64,000 bases of DNA from Candidatus Woesearchaeota archaeon (lineage in GTDB: Archaea > Nanobdellota > Nanobdellia > Woesearchaeales > WAPJ01), in the NCBI GenBank assembly GCA_047602885.1, contig JBLKOQ010000001.1, forward strand, positions 10,016-74,015, given 5' to 3'. The translations under genes and the position numbers were made by a program. A model generated the notes under the pieces. That model was not told where the DNA came from, ran no database searches, and worked only from the letters and a program-made list of their open reading frames with translations. Of the stretch, positions 1 to 9,946 are shown in pieces (position 1 is the stretch's first letter; each line of letters starts with the position of its first letter).

Positions 1-1677
1 TTGACAGAAGACTATCATAGCGAGAACAACCATGATACAAGAATACTCACAGTATCAGAAAGACCAAATGTATTGTTGATAAGCTCTAAAAGTCCAAGTC
101 CGTTATCCTTTACGTTGCAGCAGCTATACAATCTTACTACAAGACAAAGCCTTATGGGCATAGACGATGAGAGCCTCGCAGAGCACTATGCGATAATACT
201 GGACGACCAGCCGTTTGCAAGAATAAGAGCATACCAGAATATGATAAGCGATTATGTAATAGATGGCAATGGTCTTGTGGTCGTCGGCGGCAAAGAAAGC
301 TATGAGTTCGGAAGATACAAGGACAGTGTTCTAGAAAAGATACTGCCTGTAAGAGTTGGGGACGCTGAGCCTACAGAACCCACAACTACCAATGTAGCAT
401 TAGTAATAGACATATCAGGAAGCACAGGACTCGCATTCTCTGACGATACAGAGATGACAGTGGTTGAAATGATAAAAAACCTTGCTGTAGGAGTACTAAG
501 AACATTAAGGCCCAATGATTATGTCACTGTAATAGCATTTAACAGGCAATACTTCATGATAGCAGACCTAGCTCAAGTATCTGCGCAGCAAGGACTTGAA
601 GGAAGAATACTGAGACTTCAATTCCACGGAGGCACATCCTTAGCAGTAGGAATGAACAGGGCGATAGACGAGATATCAAGAGCTTCAGGAGACAAGTACG
701 TAATACTGTTTTCTGACGGCATAAGCCAGTCTGAAAGGGCTGACGAGCTCTCAGCATACAGCATGAGAAACGGCGGAATAACACTATACACGGTAGGAGT
801 AGGCGATGGCACCGACGTAGCTCATATGAGAAGACTGGCACAGATTACAGGAGGAACATTCTTCCAGCCCGGAGAAGAGGACAAATTCAAGATACTGTTC
901 AGCCCTCAAGAAGACACTCCTACAGACCCTCAGGCGCCACAAGAGCCCGAAAGATACATGCTATCAGCATGGGACGAGCACCACTTCATATCAAGAGAGC
1001 TTAGGATGCAGAGCTTTGTAGCAGGATACAATAGAGTAGTACCAAAAACAGGAGCTAGAACATTAGTAGTTACAGAACAGAACAATCCCATAGTAACAGC
1101 AGGATTCTTTGGCTTGGGTAGAATAGTTGCCATGAGCACAGACAACGGACAGGAATGGGCAGGAAACATATACGAGAGGAACCCAGAACTAATAGCAAGA
1201 GCAGTAAACTATGCCATAGGAGACCCCGGGGAAAGACAGGAATTATACGTTAAGGCAGAGAATGCGAGGGAAGGGAGGCCTTTTGACATTATGATATTCA
1301 GCAAAGCCCAGATACCATTAAATATCACTATCAGCAATCAGACAGTACAGTTCAGGGAAGAAAGATACGGATTGTACAGGGGAACAGCAATGCTCGAGGC
1401 AGGAGTCCACACCGTATTAGGAAGGAAAATAGCAGTATCATACGATCCGGAATACCAATACAATCCACGAGGAATAAGGAGTGCTGCCATTGCTACGGGA
1501 GGAACAGTATTCGAGATTACAGAGTCAGAAGAAATAATCGAAAAGATAAGACAGGATACGATAAGGACAGAGCAGACTTCAGAATCAGCAGCACACTTCT
1601 TCTTGCTCATAGCAGGAATAATATTCCTGATAGACGTGTGCTGGAGAAGGCTTTCAGAGAACAGGGGGGGAATATGA
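1..1677 (+). CDS. von Willebrand factor A (VWA) domain membrane protein, 5'-partial (BatA-like); MIDAS motif DISGST, C-terminal TM helix
   Basis: ORF runs in from the window edge; VWA fold motifs (DxSxS ... T ... D) around aa 125-300; C-terminal hydrophobic segment; sits with MoxR + DUF58 downstream. Confidence 0.7.
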   Translation: MTEDYHSENNHDTRILTVSERPNVLLISSKSPSPLSFTLQQLYNLTTRQSLMGIDDESLAEHYAIILDDQPFARIRAYQNMISDYVIDGNGLVVVGGKESYEFGRYKDSVLEKILPVRVGDAEPTEPTTTNVALVIDISGSTGLAFSDDTEMTVVEMIKNLAVGVLRTLRPNDYVTVIAFNRQYFMIADLAQVSAQQGLEGRILRLQFHGGTSLAVGMNRAIDEISRASGDKYVILFSDGISQSERADELSAYSMRNGGITLYTVGVGDGTDVAHMRRLAQITGGTFFQPGEEDKFKILFSPQEDTPTDPQAPQEPERYMLSAWDEHHFISRELRMQSFVAGYNRVVPKTGARTLVVTEQNNPIVTAGFFGLGRIVAMSTDNGQEWAGNIYERNPELIARAVNYAIGDPGERQELYVKAENAREGRPFDIMIFSKAQIPLNITISNQTVQFREERYGLYRGTAMLEAGVHTVLGRKIAVSYDPEYQYNPRGIRSAAIATGGTVFEITESEEIIEKIRQDTIRTEQTSESAAHFFLLIAGIIFLIDVCWRRLSENRGGI

Positions 1678-2144
1678 TGCGGTACATAAGGAACAATGTA
1701 AACATACTATTATTGCTCATAATAATCGTAATGGCTGTTACCATGATAGGATACAACAACTACCAGGACAATCTTACAAGGGACATAATGGAAGAGAACA
1801 AGGAGATGAGAAGAGAGCTCACAGAACTAAAAGATGACCTTGGCATGAAAGAAGACAGGCTAAGAGAAACATTCTCGGAACTACAAAGACAGCTCCAGGA
1901 CAGCATACGATTCGAGTCATTATACACTGACATCGCATCAGAGAGAGAGTCTTTGAACAGCAGCCTGTCAGAAATGACAGCAAGATGGCAGGACGAGCAG
2001 AGCAGGAGGCGGGAACTGGAGGTTAGGGCCACATCATTAGAAAACCAGCTTAACAGCAGAACTATAGAACTGCAGGTCGCAGAAGGAGCCCTCGGAGGAT
2101 GCATGGCCTCCCTCACAGCATGCAGAGCCCAGCTCGACAACTAG
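1638..2144 (+). CDS. small membrane-anchored coiled-coil protein (start probably at the internal Met near 1674)
   Basis: N-terminal TM helix then heptad-rich E/R/L sequence; overlaps VWA gene end; native codon usage. Confidence 0.4.
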   Translation: MLEKAFREQGGNMMRYIRNNVNILLLLIIIVMAVTMIGYNNYQDNLTRDIMEENKEMRRELTELKDDLGMKEDRLRETFSELQRQLQDSIRFESLYTDIASERESLNSSLSEMTARWQDEQSRRRELEVRATSLENQLNSRTIELQVAEGALGGCMASLTACRAQLDN

Positions 2145-2171
2145 TGTTAATATTATTAGGATGATGCAATA

Positions 2172-3017
2172 ATGAAAAAGAAGAACAGGCGCGAGGAGAC
2201 AAGAGAACTCCTGATGAGGAATAAGACCAAGAGGAAGGCATTAAGACTTTATGATGAGCTTACTACAGCAAAGAACATGATGATGCTGTTTAGAATAATG
2301 CTTAGTACGTCAGCATGGACTCTTGCAATAATGATAATAGCAAGATTCTTCATGATAAATGCTTGGTATCTCTCGCCCATACCCTTATTATTCATGACTT
2401 TGGGAATAATAAGAATGGCAAGGGTTGACGCTCTAAGAAAGGCCGAAGAAAAGCACAAGGAGTTTAATGAACAACTGACTACGGCAAAAGACAATTTTTT
2501 CAAGGAGAACGAGATGATAGAACAGCTCGAAGAGGACATAGTGATGAGGTCAAGACTATTGACTACAAGCATGTACTTTGAGAGAAAACAAGTATTATTC
2601 TCAATAATAGTCATATGCATAATGCTCTTTGGAACAAGTTACATAGCAGAATATGATGTTAGAGATATACCAAGATTATTCGAGCCAGTAATAGACGCTG
2701 CAGAACAATATTTTCCAAGAACACTAACATGGGCTCAGAGAGTAAGCGTTACGGGAATGGAGGATGCAGGAGACCTTGAAAGTTCAGACGACATATACGG
2801 GGACAGGTCGGAATACATTGAGCGGACAAGAGAAATACCAATAGAACTCCAGACTGCAAGGGACGCACTAGACCTTAGCAGCATCAGGGAAATAGAAGAG
2901 AGGGATTTTGACAATTATGCTCCGAGCGACTTGAGGATAGCAGCAGCAGAGACTTATGAGAATACTATACCATTAGAAAAATACAGCGTGGTAAGAAACT
3001 ATTTTATGATTGACTGA
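2172..3017 (+). CDS. hypothetical membrane protein (2-3 TM helices, acidic C-terminal half)
   Basis: Long ORF with native codon usage, TM segments, between VWA and MoxR genes. Confidence 0.4.
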   Translation: MKKKNRREETRELLMRNKTKRKALRLYDELTTAKNMMMLFRIMLSTSAWTLAIMIIARFFMINAWYLSPIPLLFMTLGIIRMARVDALRKAEEKHKEFNEQLTTAKDNFFKENEMIEQLEEDIVMRSRLLTTSMYFERKQVLFSIIVICIMLFGTSYIAEYDVRDIPRLFEPVIDAAEQYFPRTLTWAQRVSVTGMEDAGDLESSDDIYGDRSEYIERTREIPIELQTARDALDLSSIREIEERDFDNYAPSDLRIAAAETYENTIPLEKYSVVRNYFMID

Positions 3018-3960
3018 GGTGCAAAACAATATGGAAGGATATGACAAGCAATTCGAACCGATATTCAAGGAGATAAGAAAAGTAGTGGTAGGACAGGACG
3101 AAATGATAGAAGGCCTCCTGATAGGGCTTCTAAGCGACGGTAACGTATTATTGGAAGGATACCCTGGACTCGCAAAGACACTAGCGGTGAAGAGTTTTAG
3201 CGAAGCAATGGACTTGGTTTTTAGCAGGATACAGAATACTCCTGACCTAATGCCAACAGACATTACAGGAACACATATAATACAAGAGTCGGGAGGAAAA
3301 AGACAATTTAAGTTTCAGCCAGGCCCAATATTTGCGAACATATTACTGGCGGACGAAATTAACAGGGCGACGCCAAAGACACAGTCAGCACTGCTAGAAG
3401 CGATGCAGGAAAAACAAGTGACAGTAGCAGGAGAGACATTTGCACTGGACCTTCCCTTCTTCGTACTTGCCACACAAAACCCTATAGAACAGGAAGGCAC
3501 TTATCCTTTGCCCGAAGCCCAGGCAGACAGGTTCCTCCTAAAAATAGTATTAGGATATCCGAGCCCTAAAGAAGAGCTAGAGATAGTATCACGGTTTGCT
3601 GAGGAGAGCAAACTGCCAAAGATAAGAAAAGTGGTGAGCAAGAGCGAAATACAAAAAATGCAGGGACAAGCCGAGAAGTTGCCAGTGTCAGAAGAAATCA
3701 AGAAGAAAGCAGTAAAGCTAGCCGCACTAACAAGGATGAGCCAGCACCTCGCATACGGAGCAAGCCCAAGGGCAAGCATAGCACTAGTCAAGACCAGCAA
3801 GGCAAGAGCTCTTATCAGGGGAAGAAAATATGTGAGTACTGAGGATATTGCCGCTATGGCAAAACCAGTATTAAGACATAGAATAATACTCAACTTCGAG
3901 GCTGAAAGACAAGGGCTAACACCCGACACCATAATAGAAGAGATATTAAAGAGCGTTTAA
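3010..3960 (+). CDS. MoxR-family AAA+ ATPase
   Basis: Walker A GYPGLAKT, Walker B LLADEINR, sensor motifs; 316 aa typical MoxR size; followed by DUF58 gene. Confidence 0.85.
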   Translation: MTEVQNNMEGYDKQFEPIFKEIRKVVVGQDEMIEGLLIGLLSDGNVLLEGYPGLAKTLAVKSFSEAMDLVFSRIQNTPDLMPTDITGTHIIQESGGKRQFKFQPGPIFANILLADEINRATPKTQSALLEAMQEKQVTVAGETFALDLPFFVLATQNPIEQEGTYPLPEAQADRFLLKIVLGYPSPKEELEIVSRFAEESKLPKIRKVVSKSEIQKMQGQAEKLPVSEEIKKKAVKLAALTRMSQHLAYGASPRASIALVKTSKARALIRGRKYVSTEDIAAMAKPVLRHRIILNFEAERQGLTPDTIIEEILKSV

Positions 3961-3961
3961 T

Positions 3962-4813
3962 ATGATAAGCACAGAATTCCTAAAGGACCTCGAAAAATTC
4001 TCTCTAATAGTGAGAAAGAAGATATCCTCAAAATACCAGGGTCAGAGGACGAGCAGAGAGCCAGGAAGGGGTATAACATTAAGAGAGCACAGACAATATA
4101 CTTCCCAGGACGATATTAGGACTATAGACTGGAAGGTATATGCGAGGACAGACGACCTCTTCGTAAGAGTGTATGAGGAGGATAAAGACTTATCGGTACA
4201 CTTGATACTAGATGCAACCAAGAGCATGGACTACGGAAATATGATAAGCAAATATGAGTATGCGAGCATGATAGGAGCAGGATTCTTATACCTTGCCATG
4301 AGGAGCAATGAAAGATACAAATACACAATATTGGGTGATGACATGGAAGTTCATCCAATGAAGAGAGGAAGGCATCATTTCGGAGGATACGTGAATACTA
4401 TCAACAAGAGAAAACCCCAAGGTACAATGCAGCTCTCTGATGCCATAGAAGCATACAGGAAGATACTAAAATCTAAGAGCCTAGTCATAATAATAAGCGA
4501 TTTTTTGGAGGACAATGAAAGGATAGATATGATGCTAAGAAGTCTTAGGAAGCATGATGTCAGGATAATACAAGTATTGGACAACGACGAGATAGTGCTG
4601 CCTTTCGAAGGAGACTACAAGTTCGAAGACCCCGAGTCAGGAACGAGGATGAGAACATTCATAGGACAGGGCCCGAGAGCAGAATACATAAGAAAGCTGG
4701 AAAGCCATAATAATAGCATAATGCAGTCATGCGACACCCTAGGATTCGAATACTACCTTGCTAATACGAGCGATCCCATATTCGAGTCTTTCTTTAACAT
4801 AATAAACTATTAA
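3962..4813 (+). CDS. DUF58 domain protein (MoxR/VWA operon partner)
   Basis: DxRxIDWKVYARTDDLFVR signature of DUF58; 2-nt spacing after MoxR gene. Confidence 0.75.
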   Translation: MISTEFLKDLEKFSLIVRKKISSKYQGQRTSREPGRGITLREHRQYTSQDDIRTIDWKVYARTDDLFVRVYEEDKDLSVHLILDATKSMDYGNMISKYEYASMIGAGFLYLAMRSNERYKYTILGDDMEVHPMKRGRHHFGGYVNTINKRKPQGTMQLSDAIEAYRKILKSKSLVIIISDFLEDNERIDMMLRSLRKHDVRIIQVLDNDEIVLPFEGDYKFEDPESGTRMRTFIGQGPRAEYIRKLESHNNSIMQSCDTLGFEYYLANTSDPIFESFFNIINY

Positions 4814-5723
4814 CATAATCATTCACTATGAGAACTGCTTCTTTCTCATTCTCAGCAGTTGTTATTATATGAGAATCATCAGTAACAATAATATTATTGT
4901 GCTTATAGTACTTCTTAGTGTTAATAGAATCATTAATGTAGTTTATTGATAATATTTTATTATAGTGGCTCTTGTCTATTGGTATTCTGTAAGTGTTTCC
5001 TCCGCAATAACGCTCAGGCTTTCCAGACGCAATAATATTGTTGCATTTGCATGAAATTCCAATATTAATACTGTTTATGGTCATGTTTTCTATATTGGTC
5101 CTGTAGAGAGGATTATTGTTATTGCTTTTATCCTTAAGATGCTTCAATAGAAGGTTGCACTGCATCATAGACACTATTCCTGCAATCATAGGATTAATTC
5201 CATTAACAGAACACGATAATGCAGAATGCTTATTATTATGGATGCACTTATAACAGTCATTATCCATGAATAGCTTAGCCTCGCCATAAGAGGATACTGC
5301 AGAGCCGTGAATCCAAGGAACCCTATTCTTTAGAGTGTCATTAACAAAGATTCTTGCGCTAATACTGTCAAGACACTCCATTACAATATCTGAATCTAAT
5401 AATAATATTGGAGTATCATATATATCACTAATATGGTATTGTAGATTAATGCTACTGTTTATCTTTAGAGTTCTATTATAAGCTGCGTGGGCTTTAGGCA
5501 GTCCAATATCAGATTCCAAGTACAATGAGCACCTATGAAGATTAGACTCTTCTACTATGTCACGATCTATAATTACAATGTTATTGCATCCTAGCCTAAC
5601 CAATTGTTCCAATACTCTAGAGCCGAGAGCTCCCAGACCCAGTATTGTTATTCTGGATTCTGACAACAGTCTTTGAACATCCCCGCCTATAACAGGCTCT
5701 TGCCTAATATAACGATTATCCAT
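4794..5723 (-). CDS. ThiF/MoeB/HesA-family E1-like activating enzyme with C-terminal Cys-rich (CxxC...CxC) extension
   Basis: Rossmann motif ILGLGALGS, IIDRDIVEESNLHR; convergent 20-nt overlap with DUF58 gene. Confidence 0.7.
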   Translation of the reverse strand: MDNRYIRQEPVIGGDVQRLLSESRITILGLGALGSRVLEQLVRLGCNNIVIIDRDIVEESNLHRCSLYLESDIGLPKAHAAYNRTLKINSSINLQYHISDIYDTPILLLDSDIVMECLDSISARIFVNDTLKNRVPWIHGSAVSSYGEAKLFMDNDCYKCIHNNKHSALSCSVNGINPMIAGIVSMMQCNLLLKHLKDKSNNNNPLYRTNIENMTINSINIGISCKCNNIIASGKPERYCGGNTYRIPIDKSHYNKILSINYINDSINTKKYYKHNNIIVTDDSHIITTAENEKEAVLIVNDYVNSLLC

Positions 5724-5780
5724 AATTATTTACCCTAATAGGGATATGGGGGTTAGTAAGTCATTATAATAATTAGCCCT

Positions 5781-5921
5781 GGCTCTGTCCTAAATCTCCT
5801 ACTTCGCTTACCAAAACCCTATACTAAAGCATAGGAGCTTGGTAAGCTACGCCGTGCCAGTGCCATTATTGCTGCGCAAAATGACACCAACAATGGCAAC
5901 GACGGAGTCTTAGGACAGAGC
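5781..5921. mobile_element. MITE-like element, copy 4 (same GGCTCTGT termini as the other three copies, different internal sequence), flanked by perfect 10-bp direct repeat AATTAGCCCT
   Basis: 5' end GGCTCTGTCCTAAATCTCC and 3' end reverse-complementary GGAGTCTTAGGACAGAGC; direct repeats at 5771-5780 and 5922-5931; GC-rich and internally hairpinned relative to surroundings. Confidence 0.45.
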
Positions 5922-5970
5922 AATTAGCCCTAAAACGCTTATAAACAATATGGTGTGGTATAGCATCACA

Positions 5971-5977
5971 TTTATAA
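5971..5977 (+). promoter_or_regulatory. archaeal TATA box (TTTATAA) about 27 nt upstream of the crtI start
   Basis: A/T box at canonical archaeal distance from ATG 6001 (leaderless-type spacing). Confidence 0.3.
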
Positions 5978-6000
5978 TATGATTATAGTATTCTCATTCT

Positions 6001-7476
6001 ATGGCAATAAAAGCAATAATAATAGGGGCTGGCTATGGAGGGCTTAGCTGCGCAGCACTCCTGGCTAAGGAAGGATATGACGTTCATGTAATAGACAAGA
6101 TAGAACAAGCAGGAGGAAAAGGAAGCCTGCTCCAAGAGGAAGGATTCTCATTCGATATGGGACCTAGCTGGTACCTAATGCCCGACGTATTCGAAAAGTT
6201 CTTCAGCGAATTTGGGAAGAAGCCTGAAGACTATTATACTATAAAGAGGCTTGACCCGTCATACAGGATATACTTTGGGAAGGATGACAAGATAGACATA
6301 AGCCCGAGAATAGAGGACAATGCAGAACTGTTTGATAAACTGGAAGAGAATGGCAGAAAGAAATTCCTGGATTATTTGGCACAGTCAGAATACCAGTATA
6401 ATGTGGCTATGAAGGACTTCGTATACAAGAGGTACACTAAGATAACCGATTTTTTTAACAAAAGGATGGCTACGGAGGGTATGAAGCTAAAAGTGCTAAA
6501 GAATTTTGATAAGCACGTAAGCACATACTTCAAGAGCGACAAGGCAAAAAAGATACTCGAATACAATATAGTATTTCTTGGAGGAACGCCATACAATACC
6601 CCTGCATTGTACAGCATAATGACTCACGTAGACTTCAACCTTGGAGTATGGTATCCTATAGGAGGACTAAACGCAGTAGCAAAAGGAATAGAAAAACTTG
6701 CTTTAGAGCATAATGCAAAATTCACATATAATCATACTGCAGAAAAGATAATAGTAGAAAACGGCAGAGCAGTAGGAGTGATGACCAACAAGGGGAGGAT
6801 AGATGCTGACATAGTCGTCGTTAATGCTGACATGCCACACGCCGAAATCAGCTTATTGGACAAGAAATACCAGTCTTATAACGAAAAGTATTGGGAGAAG
6901 AAGACTATAGCGCCCTCAGGGTTCATAATGTATCTTGGTGTAAAAAGGAAAGTGAAAGGATTAGAACATCATAATCTATTCCTGGACAATGACTGGATGA
7001 AACACTTCGACCAGATATTCAAGAAGCCCGGATGGCCTGACAATCCATCATACTATGTGTGCGCTCCTACAATAACAGAGCCAGAAACAGCTCCTAACGG
7101 AATGGAAAACCTATTCATACTGGTTCCTGTAGCAGCCGACCTGGAGGACAATAACGACATAAGAGAAGAGTATGCCTCCGACATAATAAGGCATTTGGGA
7201 AGCATAATAGGTGATGATTTCAGCAAAGACATAGTATACAAGAAGATATTCGCCCATAATGATTTCATACAAAGATATAATGCGTATAAAGGTACAGCAC
7301 TAGGATTATCACACACCCTCATGCAGTCAGCACTATTCAGGCCTGACGTTAAGAGCAAGAAAGTAAAATCATTGTATTATACTGGACAATACGTGCATCC
7401 CGGCATAGGAGTGCCCATGGTAATAATAGCATCAGACATACTGCGCGGTGTAATACTAAATGAGCATCCGCTTTGA
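6001..7476 (+). CDS. crtI: phytoene desaturase-family FAD-dependent carotenoid desaturase (CrtI/CrtD)
   Basis: N-terminal dinucleotide-binding motif IIGAGYGGLSCAALLAKEGYDVHVIDK...GG; 491 aa; operon with crtB. Confidence 0.85.
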   Translation: MAIKAIIIGAGYGGLSCAALLAKEGYDVHVIDKIEQAGGKGSLLQEEGFSFDMGPSWYLMPDVFEKFFSEFGKKPEDYYTIKRLDPSYRIYFGKDDKIDISPRIEDNAELFDKLEENGRKKFLDYLAQSEYQYNVAMKDFVYKRYTKITDFFNKRMATEGMKLKVLKNFDKHVSTYFKSDKAKKILEYNIVFLGGTPYNTPALYSIMTHVDFNLGVWYPIGGLNAVAKGIEKLALEHNAKFTYNHTAEKIIVENGRAVGVMTNKGRIDADIVVVNADMPHAEISLLDKKYQSYNEKYWEKKTIAPSGFIMYLGVKRKVKGLEHHNLFLDNDWMKHFDQIFKKPGWPDNPSYYVCAPTITEPETAPNGMENLFILVPVAADLEDNNDIREEYASDIIRHLGSIIGDDFSKDIVYKKIFAHNDFIQRYNAYKGTALGLSHTLMQSALFRPDVKSKKVKSLYYTGQYVHPGIGVPMVIIASDILRGVILNEHPL

Positions 7477-8287
7477 AAAAATATTCAAGAGAGCAAGTAC
7501 AACCTACTATTATAGTAGCATATTCTTTCCTAAAAGAACAAAAATAGATATTTTTGCATTGTATGCTTATGTCAGGACGGCAGACGACTATGTCGATTCC
7601 ACACCGCAAGACAGCAAGGGATTCTTGCAATACAAGAAAGAAACATTCGACATGCTAGACGGAAAAAGAGACTCGGATAATATGATAATAGCCGAGTTTG
7701 TAAGGCTTTCCAAGAGAAAAGGATTTGAGAGGGAATGGATAGTTTCATTCCTTAACGCTATGGAATCAGACCTTACAAAAAAGACTTACGATAATAGTAA
7801 GGAATTGGACTTATACATATACGGCTCTGCCGAAGTAATAGGGCTTATGATATGCAAGATTATAGGAATAAAAAAAGAGTATTATCAAGGCGCAAAAAAA
7901 ATGGGTTATAGCATGCAACTAATCAACTTCATAAGAGACATAGAAGAAGACAATAACCTTGGAAGAACATACATTCCTGAAGAAGAATACAAGAAGCACG
8001 GTTTGAATAGCCTTACAAGAAAGGAAGCTGTAAGAAATGGAGAAGCTTTTGAAAATATCATAAGAGAACAGATAAAAAAGTATAAGAGCATAAAAAAAGA
8101 AGCGCATAAATCATTAAGAGGAATACCTTACAGGCAGAGAATACCTATAAAGACAGCGTCCGACCTTTACAATTGGACTGCAGACCAGATCGATAATAAT
8201 CCCATGATAGTATACAGTAAAAAGGTTAAACCCAAAAAGTCACGAGTAATATTATACATTATAAGAAACGCAATATTTCCATGGTAG
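7460..8287 (+). CDS. crtB: phytoene synthase (squalene/phytoene synthase family)
   Basis: Two Asp-rich motifs YAYVRTADDYVDS and FIRDIEEDNNLGRTYIP; overlaps crtI by 17 nt. Confidence 0.8.
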   Translation: MSIRFEKIFKRASTTYYYSSIFFPKRTKIDIFALYAYVRTADDYVDSTPQDSKGFLQYKKETFDMLDGKRDSDNMIIAEFVRLSKRKGFEREWIVSFLNAMESDLTKKTYDNSKELDLYIYGSAEVIGLMICKIIGIKKEYYQGAKKMGYSMQLINFIRDIEEDNNLGRTYIPEEEYKKHGLNSLTRKEAVRNGEAFENIIREQIKKYKSIKKEAHKSLRGIPYRQRIPIKTASDLYNWTADQIDNNPMIVYSKKVKPKKSRVILYIIRNAIFPW

Positions 8288-8288
8288 A

Positions 8289-9143
8289 TTGATCATAATG
8301 GACATCAAAAGAATAATAAAAATGTCAAGGCCGAGATTCTGGCTATATCTGGCAGGAACATTCATGGTAGGATACGCTTACGGAATAAATGATGTTTCAT
8401 CACTGTTACAACCATCATTCATTATACCATTCCTAATATTCCTGATACCAGCAAACATATTCGTATACGGTATTAATGATATTGCAGACAGGGAGATGGA
8501 CAAGAACAATCCAAAAAAGGATGACAATAAAGAGAGTGCTGTAAGGAAAGGAGAGGAGAAGACTATTGCGATAACAGTATGGGCAAGCCTCATAATAATG
8601 ATAACAGGACTCATGTTTTATACTGACATTACAGGAATGATATTATTGGCTGTATTTATCATATTAGGGGCAGGATATAGCCTAAAACCATTACGTCTTA
8701 AAGAAAAACCTTTCCTGGACTTTCTGTCAAACTCATTCTATATAATCCCAGGAATAATAGGATATTATATAGCATCAAACAGCGTGCCTCCCATGATAAT
8801 ATGGCTTATGGGAATAAGCTGGACGGGAGCAATGCACCTCTACAGTGCAATACCAGACATCATCCCAGACAAGAAGTCAGGAATAATGACCGCTGCAACA
8901 GTACTCGGACACAAGAACAGCCTATTATATTGTTCATTATTATGGAGTCTTTTTGTATTGTCACTCATAATACTTGAGGTACACATAATACTATTATTGG
9001 CAAGCCTTACTTATGTAATAATACCACTAATACTAATGTTCATGCCACAAGAAAGCGTTACGAGAGCATACTGGAAATATCCTTACATCAACGCTTTTAT
9101 AGGGATGCTGTTCTTTCTTAACGCAGTACTAATGATAATATGA
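8289..9143 (+). CDS. UbiA-family prenyltransferase, likely lycopene elongase-type given its carotenoid context
   Basis: NDIADREMD motif (UbiA NDxxDxxxD), about 8 TM helices; immediately after crtB. Confidence 0.6.
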   Translation: MIIMDIKRIIKMSRPRFWLYLAGTFMVGYAYGINDVSSLLQPSFIIPFLIFLIPANIFVYGINDIADREMDKNNPKKDDNKESAVRKGEEKTIAITVWASLIIMITGLMFYTDITGMILLAVFIILGAGYSLKPLRLKEKPFLDFLSNSFYIIPGIIGYYIASNSVPPMIIWLMGISWTGAMHLYSAIPDIIPDKKSGIMTAATVLGHKNSLLYCSLLWSLFVLSLIILEVHIILLLASLTYVIIPLILMFMPQESVTRAYWKYPYINAFIGMLFFLNAVLMII

Positions 9144-9152
9144 GATGATACT

Positions 9153-9932
9153 ATGAACAGGGAAAAGAATGTCATACCAATAATACCCTCATTATTCATA
9201 TTTACCATAATACTAATAGCATTTTCAGGACTTATGACAGGACTAGGATACGAGCTTAGAGGGCATGGCATAATAGCAATGACACTAACATTCCTCATAG
9301 GACTCCCTACCATAATAGCAGTAGGCAAGTATAAGGAAGGAATAAGACTATTGTTAATACTTGGAATATACACTTATATCATAGAATCCATCGGAGTAAT
9401 AACAGGGTATCCTTACGGGAGATTCTATTATGGGGAGATGATGGGATACAACCTATTTGGCATAGTTCCTATAGTACTGCCACTAGCATACATGCCACTA
9501 GCTATAGGCGCATATTATATTGCAGACAAACTATCTCCCAATAAGGCCATGATAATAACACTTAAGATAATGATGCTATTGTTGTTCGATTTAGTTTTGG
9601 ATCCTGGGGCTGCGGCTCTCGGATACTGGATATGGGAAAATTCTGGAGCATACTATGGGATACCACTAACCAATTATATAGGATGGATTATAAGCAGCCT
9701 TATTACAGCACTGATATGCTCATATCATTATAAGAGCATTAGAAAAGCCAATCCTAAACTAATACTTGCAAGCCCATTATTGTTCATGGTATACTGGACA
9801 TTCACAGTAATAGGCCTTGGGATGATAATACCAAGCATTATAGGAATAATAACTATTATAGTATTAGGAGGGTTTATAGTAAGTCCCAAAGCAAGAAGAT
9901 ACCATCATGGCAATACCTTTAAAAGCAAATAA
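9153..9932 (+). CDS. carotenoid-biosynthesis-associated integral membrane protein (CruF-like hydratase candidate)
   Basis: Polytopic membrane protein with TGYPYGRFYYG motif, sited after the UbiA gene as lyeJ-cruF is in haloarchaeal C50 carotenoid clusters; assignment by context. Confidence 0.4.
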   Translation: MNREKNVIPIIPSLFIFTIILIAFSGLMTGLGYELRGHGIIAMTLTFLIGLPTIIAVGKYKEGIRLLLILGIYTYIIESIGVITGYPYGRFYYGEMMGYNLFGIVPIVLPLAYMPLAIGAYYIADKLSPNKAMIITLKIMMLLLFDLVLDPGAAALGYWIWENSGAYYGIPLTNYIGWIISSLITALICSYHYKSIRKANPKLILASPLLFMVYWTFTVIGLGMIIPSIIGIITIIVLGGFIVSPKARRYHHGNTFKSK

Positions 9933-9946
9933 CATATGTTACTATT

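Noticed and set aside
300-1610. Multiple antisense ORFs (300..515, 554..841, 930..1169, 1338..1610) inside the VWA gene
   Set aside because: They are nested antisense to a strongly supported coding frame, are Ser/Cys/Leu-rich, have no start context, and are typical AT-rich shadow ORFs.
5724-6000. GC-rich hairpinned intergenic segment, considered as tRNA, SRP RNA or RNase P RNA
   Set aside because: There is no tRNA cloverleaf or T-loop (GTTCRAATC), and no SRP or RNase P conserved motifs were recognisable. The GGCTCTGT inverted termini plus a perfect 10-bp direct repeat fit a MITE-like element better.
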